Shown: in pieces, positions 32,393 through 41,855 of the stretch
Layout of the letters: each line of letters starts with the position of its first letter
How positions within the stretch are numbered: position 1 is the first letter of the stretch
Notes under the pieces: model-generated
The model's database searches: none
The model's input: the letters and a program-made list of their open reading frames with translations, nothing else
What the model was told of the DNA's origin: nothing
IMG/VR virus record: IMGVR_UViG_3300045988_150343
DNA from: a virus
DNA length: 64,000 nucleotides
Reading direction: 5' to 3' (one strand)
Position numbers and translations under genes: made by a program

Positions 32393-33353
32393 CTGGAGCT
32401 CGTTCTACACCAGTAGAGGGAGTTTTCTTCTTTTTAGGTTTAGGCCTATGCTCCATATAGGCATTATCAAGAGACTTTACACTGAAGTCAATATTGTTCA
32501 CCTCATTGTAGTTAACAGCCCTCTTAATAATATCAATGAAAGTAGGCCAAAAACCTTGACCTAATCGGACATTTGCTGTTTTAGCCCTATATTTAGTGAC
32601 CATAAAACCAAAATCCTCGGCATCTTGTTTTGTTGAAAATACATAGAGATAGAATCTACTCATTTCGTCTATGATTTCTCTTTCTTGACGAATCGGTAAT
32701 AGTGAAAAACCCTTTTCTGGGTATAACAATTCAGATACCAGACATACCCAATATTTGGGTTTTGAGGGTTTTACCTTATAGTAAAATCTTTCTCGGATTT
32801 TCTCTATGAACCAAGGTTTGTTTCTGTCAAGGGTATACTTAATGTATATCTTGTACTTCTTATTTACTCTACGTTTGAAAGCTGAGGGTTGTTGTATCAG
32901 TCTTGGGAGGATACGATAATTATTCCATCGGTCAAACTCCATAATTAAATTCCAAGTGTCCTTATCCCAGGAGTCTCCAGACTCTTTAAGTCTTTTCATA
33001 TTCCGGATGAGGTTCTCTTGGGTCACAGAATTTACTAAAAGAGAGGATTCTCCTACAAAGGCAGATGCTTCAGACCGTTTCATCCTCTTCTCAAGGCAAG
33101 CATACATAAAATCCCGGAAGGTTTCTTCTACTGCTCCATTAGGCCTAAATAGGTCTGAATGAGTTTCATAGAACTCGGTGAACATTTTGAAGAACTTCTG
33201 GGATCTGTCTTTAATCTCTAAGTATTTATAATGAGATATACCCATCATCTCTCCGGCTTCCCAAGAGGATTTCCCTTGGGAAAGTTGAAGGAACAGAGAG
33301 TTCTGTTCCTTCTGAGTTAAGCAATTCCACGCTTTTTCTTGAGCTTCTGTCAT
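32367..33353 (-). CDS. Putative transcription regulator with an N-terminal sigma-70 region-4/LuxR-like HTH
   Basis: LTQKEQNSLFLQLSQGKSSWEAGEMMGISHYKYLEIKDRSQKFF resembles the region-4 pattern L...e..v..l....g.s..EIae.lgiS..tV......a...l. The remaining ~270 aa are unassigned. Confidence 0.45.
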   Translation of the reverse strand: MTEAQEKAWNCLTQKEQNSLFLQLSQGKSSWEAGEMMGISHYKYLEIKDRSQKFFKMFTEFYETHSDLFRPNGAVEETFRDFMYACLEKRMKRSEASAFVGESSLLVNSVTQENLIRNMKRLKESGDSWDKDTWNLIMEFDRWNNYRILPRLIQQPSAFKRRVNKKYKIYIKYTLDRNKPWFIEKIRERFYYKVKPSKPKYWVCLVSELLYPEKGFSLLPIRQEREIIDEMSRFYLYVFSTKQDAEDFGFMVTKYRAKTANVRLGQGFWPTFIDIIKRAVNYNEVNNIDFSVKSLDNAYMEHRPKPKKKKTPSTGVERAPDQLLNCEK

Positions 33354-34054
33354 AATCGTCTGGTATTATAGGATTCTTCTACTGACTCTGATGTAACTCG
33401 ATTGGGGTCAACCTCTAAAGGGTTGACAAATAAAGCTTCTGGGTCAAAGTTATGATAGACACTGTAGAGCACATTATCTAAGGGCAAGGTTACTTCCATT
33501 GTACCCATTAAAGGGTATAAGGTAAGAGTTACTATCCTGTCCCTCTTATTTATTTTCTTAATGATGGCATCTACTCCCTCATAGGGGTAAGTATTCAGGG
33601 TTACGTAGTCTCCCACTTTAAGTTTAGCAATATCTTCAAGAGAATATTTCCGATTAGCTCTAGCAATCTTCCTAAATCTCCTGACTTCCGACTTTGGACA
33701 AGTTGCTACTATTGAAAAATCGTCAAAATCCTCGGCATTGTCTATCCTTCTCTTCTTCTTTCGGGGAAACATAGTTTGGGTAGATTTAAGGAAAGTCCTT
33801 ATACCTGATATATTTCTCCTGAGTTTAACTAAGAAATTCCTGGAATAGGCTAACTCAACGGGCATTCTCATAAAGCCATAGTTAAACAGTACTGGTACCT
33901 CCTCATAGTAGGTTTTTCCCTTAATGGCTTTTTTGAGTATTCTAACTTCCGGAACTATAGCCCTGATTTTATTATAACCCTTAGCCTTAAGTTCTTCGTT
34001 TATTTTATGATAGAACTTTCTCTCTATGTAAAAGATACAGTATACGTATTTCAT
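33350..34054 (-). CDS. NusG-like transcription elongation/antitermination factor (NGN + KOW)
   Basis: NGN-like VYCIFYIERKFYHKINEELKAKGYNKIRAIVPEVRILKKAIKGKTYYEEVPVLFNYGFMRM (compare NusG WYVV...E..V...L......VMVPTEEV....G.....E...FPGYVLVQM). KOW-like LKVGDYVTLNTYPYEGVDAIIKKINKRDRIVTLTLYPLMGTMEVTLPLDNV (compare [51 protein letters not shown]). Confidence 0.65.
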   Translation of the reverse strand: MKYVYCIFYIERKFYHKINEELKAKGYNKIRAIVPEVRILKKAIKGKTYYEEVPVLFNYGFMRMPVELAYSRNFLVKLRRNISGIRTFLKSTQTMFPRKKKRRIDNAEDFDDFSIVATCPKSEVRRFRKIARANRKYSLEDIAKLKVGDYVTLNTYPYEGVDAIIKKINKRDRIVTLTLYPLMGTMEVTLPLDNVLYSVYHNFDPEALFVNPLEVDPNRVTSESVEESYNTRRL

Positions 34055-34569
34055 GGCTTCAAAGATAGTTTAGCTTGTTTATGTACTTGTTTATAATCCA
34101 CCTGTTCTAGAACTTCTGAGGCCATGAAGATATATAAGCGATATCCCTTGCAGAGTATACCCATTTGTGTGGGGCAATCCAGAAAGCAGTCCACTAATCG
34201 GTCGTCTACCACAAAAAAGAACTCCTCAGCGGGCAAGGAGTTATACCTCATACAAAGGATGGGTATTTTTTTACTTCTCTGGCCATCTTCTCTTGCTTGG
34301 TTCCAGAACCGAAGAATATCACATTTCTTACGTTGAGCACTGAGTAATAAGTGTTCAAACCGTATATCCTTATAGCTTTTACACTCTACGGATATCTTGC
34401 ATCGATGAGCATGTCTCTCGTCAACACAGGTAATGTCAGAGGCAGCATCTCTATTAGAATGCCAAGCCCCCGACATTGGAACTCGATTGAAGGTATAACC
34501 AGTCCATTTTGTGAACCATTTTGACACCTTCAACTCGAATCTACTGCCTTTTCGTTTACTGTTTGCCAT
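34051..34569 (-). CDS. PD-(D/E)XK nuclease, Hjc-like Holliday-junction resolvase candidate
   Basis: KRKGSRFELKV...NRVPMSGAW...DITCVD...KISVECKSYK fits the Hjc-type pattern KG..fE..v....R.p.SG....D......iE.Ks.K. Confidence 0.55.
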   Translation of the reverse strand: MANSKRKGSRFELKVSKWFTKWTGYTFNRVPMSGAWHSNRDAASDITCVDERHAHRCKISVECKSYKDIRFEHLLLSAQRKKCDILRFWNQAREDGQRSKKIPILCMRYNSLPAEEFFFVVDDRLVDCFLDCPTQMGILCKGYRLYIFMASEVLEQVDYKQVHKQAKLSLKP

Positions 34570-34590
34570 TGTTGGTTATTGGTGTTGTAT

Positions 34591-36297
34591 TTATAAATGG
34601 CTATAGTGGGTTTGGCCATTATTTTTGCTGACTTCTAGAGTCTTACAATTACCAAAAGGCAAGTTTTCAATATGGGAAATTAAAAATACCGTTTTACCTT
34701 CACTTAATGTTCTGATGAGTGAGATTACGAGTTCAATATTATCCCGGTCCAGGTTCTCAAATACCTCGTCCAGGAGTAGGAGATTTACATCCTTACTAAG
34801 AGTTAAAGTCTCATGTAAAGCTAAGCACATAGTTAAGTTAACCAAGCCCTTTTCACCTCCTGATAATTCATCATAATCACTAATAGCTCCGTCTTTCTCT
34901 ATGAGAGTAACAAAATCTTTTCGAGCAGAATCCAGGTCTACTTCAAAGCTAATCCTGAAACCAAGTACCTCGGCATACCTTTCAAGGTTATCATTTAAGG
35001 CTTGTAGGGATGAATCGAATAAGAAAGCTTTTATACCATTATTAGATAAAGGGTCGCTTAATACCCAACTATAATCATCCAGCTTCTCTTCTAGAGAACT
35101 TTTAATACTTTTCAGAGAAGATAGTTTAGATTTAATCTTAGCTATCTTCTTAAGATACTTAGGAGAAGTCTCTTTAACCTTTGAAGACTTTAGTTCCTCG
35201 ATTAAATCTTTGAAATATTTAATCCGGTTTCGAATATCTTCTACCTCATCCTCAAGTTTTTCCTGTTCACGGTATTTAGCTCGTACCTCCTCTAAAGCTT
35301 CCCGAGTTTTTTCGAGTTGTCCCTGAAGAGAGATTACTTGTTGGAAAGCCGTATGAACCTTCTTAAGGGTTTTTAGGGCTTTATTTACCTCCCTGGACTC
35401 TAATAGCTTGATGGTACTTTCTACTACCTCAATTAGGGGTATGTCATAGAGTTGTTCGGCCTCTTGGATGGAATCCTGTAGGTCTTGGATGTCTTTTTTA
35501 AGCTTTTGGTAGGTTTCACCATAATCCTCCTGACTAACTTTGGCCTTTAAAGCTTTTAGCTCATTCTGTAGTTTTTTAAAGCTTTGCTTATGTTTTTGAA
35601 TATTCTTAAGGTTAACTTCGTTGAAGGTGTCCTCTTTCTCTTTAAGCTCTTTGTAGGTCTTTTGGAGTATAGTTATCTCCTTCTCGAAGGAAGAGGTTTG
35701 ATGCTCTACTTCTCGGTACTCTTCATAGAGGGCATTTCTCTCTTCTTGGGCAATGCTCCGAGCTGTGGTAAGATACTCTAGATTAAAAATCTCCTCAAAT
35801 ATCTTCTTCTTATCCGAGTTATCTTCTTGTATTAGTCTCTTCATACCTTGACCAAACATGATAGAAGAAACGAATAGTTCGTAAGAAAATCCAAGAGCTT
35901 TATTTATAGCCTGTTGGATATTTACCTTACCTTTGACTTTTAGGGGTTCACCATCCTTAACTAGAATAACCCTATCTCCACCCTTACTACCATCGTCCAG
36001 TTTACCTGTATACTTTTGACACCGAGTTACTCGAAATATACTCTTATCTGATACCCAAGTCACAATTACCTTAGTACCCTTATAATCGGCAGGCTGGTAT
36101 TTTTTCCAAGTAGTGGCCGAGACTTTCCCTTTTGGGTTCTTGCCATATAGTCCCCAAGTTATAGCCGAGAAAAGAGTAGATTTCCCAAAGCCATTTGGGG
36201 CTTTAATTAAAATGGTACCTCCTAAATCTAAGTTTAAGGTTTGAGGCTCTACTATTGAGCAAAAACCTTCCATGTGTACATTCAATATCTTTAGCAT
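34591..36297 (-). CDS. sbcC: SbcC/Rad50-like ATPase (T4 gp46 analogue)
   Basis: Walker A KAPNGFGKSTLF, a long central coiled coil, ABC signature LSGGEKGL, and Walker B LLLLDEVFENLD. It overlaps the SbcD-like gene. Confidence 0.8.
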   Translation of the reverse strand: MLKILNVHMEGFCSIVEPQTLNLDLGGTILIKAPNGFGKSTLFSAITWGLYGKNPKGKVSATTWKKYQPADYKGTKVIVTWVSDKSIFRVTRCQKYTGKLDDGSKGGDRVILVKDGEPLKVKGKVNIQQAINKALGFSYELFVSSIMFGQGMKRLIQEDNSDKKKIFEEIFNLEYLTTARSIAQEERNALYEEYREVEHQTSSFEKEITILQKTYKELKEKEDTFNEVNLKNIQKHKQSFKKLQNELKALKAKVSQEDYGETYQKLKKDIQDLQDSIQEAEQLYDIPLIEVVESTIKLLESREVNKALKTLKKVHTAFQQVISLQGQLEKTREALEEVRAKYREQEKLEDEVEDIRNRIKYFKDLIEELKSSKVKETSPKYLKKIAKIKSKLSSLKSIKSSLEEKLDDYSWVLSDPLSNNGIKAFLFDSSLQALNDNLERYAEVLGFRISFEVDLDSARKDFVTLIEKDGAISDYDELSGGEKGLVNLTMCLALHETLTLSKDVNLLLLDEVFENLDRDNIELVISLIRTLSEGKTVFLISHIENLPFGNCKTLEVSKNNGQTHYSHL

Positions 36298-37295
36298 GAC
36301 TCTGTCTTGATTAGAATATCAGTTAATAACTTCTGTTTGTTCTTATCTTTTATGCCTTTAGCCTTCATATATTTTCTAGCTAGCGCTTTCTTAGATAACC
36401 GCTTAGTAATTTTATGGGTGGTTACTTCCTCTTTTCTGGGTTTAGGAGGTATTACAGTATAATAATTACCATCGTCTTTGATTTCCTCCTCGGATTCTAC
36501 ATCTATAAACTTAGGAAAGCCTTTTAATTCTTTAAAAGCCATGGTAAGGTTTCCGGAGGGTTCAGAATATAGTTCCCAATACCCAAGCTTACAGTGCATA
36601 TCGGTTCTACGCTGTTGGATTGGACACCCAACCATATAAACCTTTTTAGATAGTTTCTGGGGTTTATGAATATGGCCGCAGAGAATTAAGTCAAACTTGT
36701 TCAGGAGATTGGGGTTGATAGCATTAGTGGCCTCTACTTCTCTACCATCAGTATCCTTAGCACCGGGGTATGTAGTATGAAGCATAAGTATGTGTTTATA
36801 CTTACTACCTTTACCTATATGATGATTGTCAATCAACTGAGTTAGGTATTCATTTATACCCGCATTGTCATCAATGTATGGTATCCCATGAACTTTTATG
36901 AGAGTAAGGTCTCCCAGTTTTTCTGATTTGAAATTCAAATCCTTCATCCACCTCTTTCTAAGTAAAGTAGCCAAGCTCTTTTGGGGTTTATCTACGGTAT
37001 TCCGGTGTTTTAGAGAATGGTTACCGTCTATATACCACATCTCCCACCTATAGGGTTCAGAATTAGGATTTCCTGGCTCGAACTCTTGCCACATCTCCAA
37101 TAGGTCTGTATCTATGGACTCTGACTTATGGAATAAGTCTCCACAAAATAATGCCGGAACTTTTGGGTACTTATTTGCCAAAAAAGAAAGGACCCGAAAA
37201 GATTCTCGGGTCCTTTTCATATTTTGGTTAAACTTTGTCCAAAGGTTGAGATGTAAGTCCGAGAATACTATAGCTAGTAGTTCTCTTTTTTTCAT
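36291..37295 (-). CDS. sbcD: SbcD/Mre11-like metallophosphoesterase nuclease (T4 gp47 analogue)
   Basis: Calcineurin-like motifs FSDLHL, GDLFH, GNHS and GHIH, in the canonical order. Confidence 0.8.
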   Translation of the reverse strand: MKKRELLAIVFSDLHLNLWTKFNQNMKRTRESFRVLSFLANKYPKVPALFCGDLFHKSESIDTDLLEMWQEFEPGNPNSEPYRWEMWYIDGNHSLKHRNTVDKPQKSLATLLRKRWMKDLNFKSEKLGDLTLIKVHGIPYIDDNAGINEYLTQLIDNHHIGKGSKYKHILMLHTTYPGAKDTDGREVEATNAINPNLLNKFDLILCGHIHKPQKLSKKVYMVGCPIQQRRTDMHCKLGYWELYSEPSGNLTMAFKELKGFPKFIDVESEEEIKDDGNYYTVIPPKPRKEEVTTHKITKRLSKKALARKYMKAKGIKDKNKQKLLTDILIKTESC

Positions 37296-38014
37296 CGTTT
37301 ATTTAGGATATAAGTTAACAATTCTTGTCTGTTCTCCAGATTAACCTCATTAAGGATAAATACTCGGGTAGACCCATAAGGAGTAATCAAATCTCCATAA
37401 GTTACACCATAGTCATAGGCTCGATTAATAAAGAAACCTTTACCTATAGCATTGATTTTACCCTTTTTTCTGAATCCCCATATCTCGAGTATCATGGACA
37501 TGATAGTTGATATTTCCATCTGGAAGTACCTTGATGTGATACGTTTACCATTATCCTCGGTTATCCAACCATTATACATCGGCATATTGAATGGTACCAA
37601 GATAAGGTGAGAACAAGTCTGTGTCAAGCACATCAGACACATATTGAGGAAGTGTTCTACTTCACATTGGGGAAGTTTATCGGCCTGCTTATAAAGGAAG
37701 TAAGCAGCAGAGTCCAGAAAACTTCTGTCAGAAACAAAATTACCTGACTCCTCTATAGTTTTACGGAATAGCTTTTGTCTGAGATTGAGAATCTGGAAGT
37801 CCTCTAAAAATAAAACCTTTGAGTCCCTTGCAAGCATTTCCTTATGAGGAATACTTGCTGTATCGGGTAGTAAATCAGATACTGAACCAGAGATAAACTT
37901 TAGAGGGTTATCCACAGTTCCAATATTCGAACTTACAAAGTTTGCTAAGGTGGTTTTTCCTGTACCACTGGGACCGGCAAACATGATACGTAAATCTTTG
38001 GGGGAATTTTTCAT
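37292..38014 (-). CDS. P-loop nucleotide/nucleoside kinase-like protein
   Basis: Walker A FAGPSGTGKTTL and a dNK-like DRSFLDSAAYF block (compare ERS..sd..vF). Confidence 0.5.
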   Translation of the reverse strand: MKNSPKDLRIMFAGPSGTGKTTLANFVSSNIGTVDNPLKFISGSVSDLLPDTASIPHKEMLARDSKVLFLEDFQILNLRQKLFRKTIEESGNFVSDRSFLDSAAYFLYKQADKLPQCEVEHFLNMCLMCLTQTCSHLILVPFNMPMYNGWITEDNGKRITSRYFQMEISTIMSMILEIWGFRKKGKINAIGKGFFINRAYDYGVTYGDLITPYGSTRVFILNEVNLENRQELLTYILNKR

Positions 38015-38016
38015 AC

Positions 38017-38580
38017 TTATTCTATTGTTATGAGTTGTTCAGCAAAAGGGAGAGTCTTTATCCAATCGCAGAATTGATGCCAAATCGGTAAACGGTGATT
38101 TCTACGTTGGAAATAGATTCTTCTTAATGTTTGATATGAAATAGTATCTACGGTTCTCTGTTGGTGACCAGTCTTTATCTCATCTTTTGCTGCCATTAGT
38201 TCTTCTCCTGATAAACCCTTACAATCTATGTGCATAGTGCTTTCAGATGAGAGCCTGTCCCTACCTATACCATAGGTTTCAAGTTCCCGATAGAACCAGA
38301 TAGGAGCTTTAATGATTACTCCTACTCGTATACCCCGAATACATTTGGCATGTTCATCTCCGGCTTTTATCAGACGGGTCATAAGCTGCATCTCCTTCGG
38401 AGATATCTTTACGAAGTATTTTTCTTGTATTATTGCGTTATTACCCTCTCCAGTAATGGGCATAAACTGAACAAGTACTTCTGGCGTATAATTTGGGTCC
38501 TTACCCATAGGGAGGTGAAGTGCCGTGATAGCACTTGCAAAACCTCCCACTTCGATAGTCTTAATCGATAATCTTTCCAT
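38017..38580 (-). CDS. ThyX-fold protein with a non-canonical signature
   Basis: LIKAGDEHAKCIRGIRVGVIIKAPIWFYRELETYGIGRDRLSSES parallels T. maritima ThyX [44 protein letters not shown]. The RHRxxS motif is RDRLSS after a 5-aa insertion, and the downstream SxR is missing. Only 187 aa. Confidence 0.45.
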   Translation of the reverse strand: MERLSIKTIEVGGFASAITALHLPMGKDPNYTPEVLVQFMPITGEGNNAIIQEKYFVKISPKEMQLMTRLIKAGDEHAKCIRGIRVGVIIKAPIWFYRELETYGIGRDRLSSESTMHIDCKGLSGEELMAAKDEIKTGHQQRTVDTISYQTLRRIYFQRRNHRLPIWHQFCDWIKTLPFAEQLITIE

Positions 38581-39469
38581 TAGTAATTTGTTTAAAAGGT
38601 TCGAGGAACAAAGAAGTCCTCATAGAATTTAATGAGTATTTTACACAGATTTCGTTGTATTTAGTATAATTGGGGTCTTTTCTAGAATAAACTATTGGAA
38701 GTTCAGTAGAATTCAGAGGGAATTTTTCAATAAAGAACTTCAAATCGATTAGGAGTCTATTCCTTTCGAAAATATCTTTAGCCTCCTGTTCGTCCTTCCA
38801 AAAGTTAATACCAAAGGAGTCCTCTATAGAGTCAAACCTATCTAAGAACTGCCTTGCCTTTACTGGACCAATACCTTTGAAGCCTGGGATGTCATCCGAA
38901 CTATCTCCCACTAAGGAAAGGTAATCTGCCGTTTCTTCAGGCTCATACCCAAATAACTCTTTACAGTTATGGATGTTTACCCTTTCATCTTTACCGGGAT
39001 TAAATACCTGGACATCTTTATTAATAAGCTGATTAAAATCCTTATCTGAGGAAACTATCAGTACTTTACCAGGAGCATTAAAGGTTAACCAGGCCAAGAA
39101 GTCATCCCCCTCATATAGGGTAGATTTACTCTTATCGAATATATAGGGTATTCTCAAGTACCCCAATAACTTATGGATGGTTCTCTTCTGTTTCTGAAGA
39201 GCCTTGTAGTCTAAGGAAATATTTTTCCTATGTCCCTTGTAATTAGGTAATACTTTCACCCTTTCAGGGGAATGCCCATTATCAAAGGTAATAATAATCC
39301 GATCTGGTCGAAACCGGGTTACCATATAATGGAGGGACTTAAAGAACCCGAAGATGGCTCCAGTAGGTTTACCCTCATGAGTCCTTAGATTGGCAAATTT
39401 ATGAAAGCTTCTATGGAGAAGGTTTTCTCCATCTACTAGCATTAGAAGTTCTTTAGGGGTTTTACTCAT
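38561..39469 (-). CDS. 5'-3' exonuclease / flap endonuclease (T4 RNase H-like)
   Basis: LMLVDGENLLHRSFH, FDNGHS..R...PNYKGHR, VSSDKDFNQL, and the H3TH block GDSSDDIPGFKGIGPVKA. Confidence 0.85.
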   Translation of the reverse strand: MSKTPKELLMLVDGENLLHRSFHKFANLRTHEGKPTGAIFGFFKSLHYMVTRFRPDRIIITFDNGHSPERVKVLPNYKGHRKNISLDYKALQKQKRTIHKLLGYLRIPYIFDKSKSTLYEGDDFLAWLTFNAPGKVLIVSSDKDFNQLINKDVQVFNPGKDERVNIHNCKELFGYEPEETADYLSLVGDSSDDIPGFKGIGPVKARQFLDRFDSIEDSFGINFWKDEQEAKDIFERNRLLIDLKFFIEKFPLNSTELPIVYSRKDPNYTKYNEICVKYSLNSMRTSLFLEPFKQITNGKIID

Positions 39470-39851
39470 TGCGGTAATATTTTATTAAGTCCTGAAGGAT
39501 AATTTCTACTTTATACCAGTCCTCTCTAAGAATAGCCTTCATAAGTAATACGAAATCTGGGTATTTCTCTCCGTACATCTCTTGGTACTGTTCGAGAAAC
39601 TCAGGATAATAACTTATAAAGCGTTGCTCTCTTTTAGAGGTTGGCGTTTGGTACTTCTTTGCAATAGAGAGAGCCTTATATAAATCCTGTATACCGCCCT
39701 TTTTAGGCCATCGGCAAACGTATTTAGAAATCTCTCCTTGTGCCCAAGTAACATTGAGTCTTCTAAACTCGTCCCAGGGCTGGATTTTGTTTTGGTAGTG
39801 GGTTCCCCCCACCTGTTGAACACTATTCATCATATTCCTCATTTTCTTCAT
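39462..39851 (-). CDS. DUF3310-like protein
   Basis: GGTHYQ..IQPWDEF.....W.QGEISKYVCRWPKKGG..DLYKA..... fits the DUF3310 pattern HY...iepi.......f..gN.iKY..R...K....DL.KA. Confidence 0.55.
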   Translation of the reverse strand: MKKMRNMMNSVQQVGGTHYQNKIQPWDEFRRLNVTWAQGEISKYVCRWPKKGGIQDLYKALSIAKKYQTPTSKREQRFISYYPEFLEQYQEMYGEKYPDFVLLMKAILREDWYKVEIILQDLIKYYRNE

Positions 39852-40977
39852 CCTCAGCTGAGTCGTAGTTTTCGTATTCTACCCCATCAACAGGATAAAA
39901 GTTAGTACTTAGCTCTTCCAGTTTTCTTTTGGTTGAACCTATGGTGTTTATCTCGGCTCTTTTTAAGAGTTTTCTTCTGAGAGCATCATCCTCCTCGAGA
40001 AGTGCTTGGAATTTTTCCTCTCCTCTTGCAAGTGACTTCCCTTTATATTTATAAACTCCTCCTGAACTCTTTTCGATGATATCGTTTTCAACTAATACAT
40101 CCTCAAGAGCAAAACAACGGTCAAAACCTACCTCATGAAACTTAGGGTTAAAGTAAACCGGGCATTTTGATAAAGTTGGTCTTGGTGGAGCTACCTTGTT
40201 TTTGATAACTCTGATGGTTACTAATTTACCAGATTTACGTTCTTTACCTTTTTGTTTGATTGTAAGAGTTCTACCAGCATAGAAAGCAAGTCTCTGAGAG
40301 GCATAGAATTTAAGAGCAGCTCCTCCCGTAGTAGTAGTGTTATCCTTTCCAAAACCCACATTAAGAGCTGTTCTAAGCTGATTAATGTAAATTTGAGTTA
40401 CTCCCAGTTTATAAAAGAGTTCATTGCGTATCCGGAAGTATTTATACAAAGCCTTAGCTCGTCCACCCATCTCAGCTTTACCCTCTATCATCTTGGCATC
40501 TATGTTATCTGCACAATCCATAGCAGCAACTGAATCTACTACCAGTAGTATGGGCTCGTTATGGGTTAATTGGGAACGGAGAAGAATTGCTAAATCAGCA
40601 ACTATGTCTGCAACATACTCAATTCGGGTATCATTTACTAGAGTAACCTTTTCGGGGTCTACTCCATTAGTCTCTGCCCAAGAGTTCATCCAAGATTGTT
40701 CGGCATCCACCCATATTACATGGCCTCCAAGTTGTTGAGTAGCATAAGCGAAGTCGTAAGCAATTAGAGACTTGCCCGAGGATTCTTCTCCGGCTACTTC
40801 CAGGATTTTCCCATAGGGTATACCTCCACCCAAAGTGTAATTAAGAGCAAGGAATTTGGATGGGAGCCATAAACCAGTCTCCTTACTGGTTGAGGCTTTT
40901 TGAATAAGGTTCCCATATTTTCTGAGAAGCTCGTTCTGTGTTGGTACCTTAATACCTATTTTAGATTTCTTTGCCAT
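39823..40977 (-). CDS. recA: RecA/UvsX-like recombinase
   Basis: Walker A EVAGEESSGKSLIA, RecA block LLVVDSVAAM, and an acidic C-terminal tail. I prefer the ATG at 40977 (MAKKSKIG), which leaves the hairpin 40998..41046 intergenic. The ORF track start is 41010. Confidence 0.9.
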   Translation of the reverse strand: MAKKSKIGIKVPTQNELLRKYGNLIQKASTSKETGLWLPSKFLALNYTLGGGIPYGKILEVAGEESSGKSLIAYDFAYATQQLGGHVIWVDAEQSWMNSWAETNGVDPEKVTLVNDTRIEYVADIVADLAILLRSQLTHNEPILLVVDSVAAMDCADNIDAKMIEGKAEMGGRAKALYKYFRIRNELFYKLGVTQIYINQLRTALNVGFGKDNTTTTGGAALKFYASQRLAFYAGRTLTIKQKGKERKSGKLVTIRVIKNKVAPPRPTLSKCPVYFNPKFHEVGFDRCFALEDVLVENDIIEKSSGGVYKYKGKSLARGEEKFQALLEEDDALRRKLLKRAEINTIGSTKRKLEELSTNFYPVDGVEYENYDSAEDEENEEYDE

Positions 40978-40997
40978 AGTGTATTTATATACAAGAA

Positions 40998-41046
40998 AGG
41001 GAGATACCAAGGTTAGTAGCCTTTGAATATCTCCCTCGGGGTTTCA
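40998..41046 (-). terminator. Hairpin after the SSB-like gene
   Basis: AGGGAGATA (40998-41006) pairs with TATCTCCCT (41038-41046). The loop is long (31 nt). Confidence 0.4.
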
Positions 41047-41058
41047 TAATAGTTATAC

Positions 41059-41847
41059 TTAAATGTCAGTAGCTTTTTTCTTTTTCTTCTTTGATACCAC
41101 CTTGTCGGATGATAAGGATGACTTCTTCTTTTTAGGACGGGGTTCATCTTCATCCTCCTCCTCTGATGATTCATTAAGATAACTCTTGAGTATTTCTTCG
41201 AGTTCATCATAGGATTTGATTTGAGCCCTTACCATTTTCTCAAGTTCTACAGGCTTAGTATACTTCTTGTCTAGTTGAGTTGGTTTGCAGTTCATTACCG
41301 AATAAGTGGTATCAAATTGACCCTTACCTGTACGGGTAATCTTAATATCATAACCCGTTTTTGGATCGGTCATATCACCAGCCTCATCTTCATCGAGATA
41401 GAGATTGATGATATCCTGATATACTTGAGCAGTTACCAGGATTACTCTATCCTGACCATCATATCCGATGTGTTTACCTTTCTCATCATCATAAACCAGT
41501 CCGCCTACTACATATCGGCGTTTAGGAATAAGTTTTTTTGCCAGTTCTTTATCATCCGGATCAGATGAATTATGGAGTTCCTGATACTTCTCCATAATTG
41601 GACAGGGTTCTCCAAAAGTCTGGGGAGAATATACCGAACCGATGTTCGGACCAAGATAAAACTGAATTAATTCAAGGCCAAGTTCTTCGTCCTCTCCAGG
41701 ACTTTTAATCCTAATACGGGTTACACCTTCTTTACAGAAGATAAAACCAGAGTTTTTACCTTTCTCTTCTAGTTTCTTCTTTCTAGCCAGCATCTTCTCC
41801 TTAGTGGTCATACCAGTAGAAGATAGCTTTTTCTTTTTTTCTTTCAT
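41059..41847 (-). CDS. gp32-like single-stranded DNA-binding protein
   Basis: Its architecture parallels T4 gp32 (from memory): RIRIKSPGE vs IRFLPS; EPCPIMEKYQELHNSSDPDDKELAKKLIPKRRYVVGGLVYDD vs [39 protein letters not shown]. It has an acidic tail ESSEEEDEDE and lies next to recA. Confidence 0.55.
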   Translation of the reverse strand: MKEKKKKLSSTGMTTKEKMLARKKKLEEKGKNSGFIFCKEGVTRIRIKSPGEDEELGLELIQFYLGPNIGSVYSPQTFGEPCPIMEKYQELHNSSDPDDKELAKKLIPKRRYVVGGLVYDDEKGKHIGYDGQDRVILVTAQVYQDIINLYLDEDEAGDMTDPKTGYDIKITRTGKGQFDTTYSVMNCKPTQLDKKYTKPVELEKMVRAQIKSYDELEEILKSYLNESSEEEDEDEPRPKKKKSSLSSDKVVSKKKKKKATDI

Positions 41848-41855
41848 ATAATATA

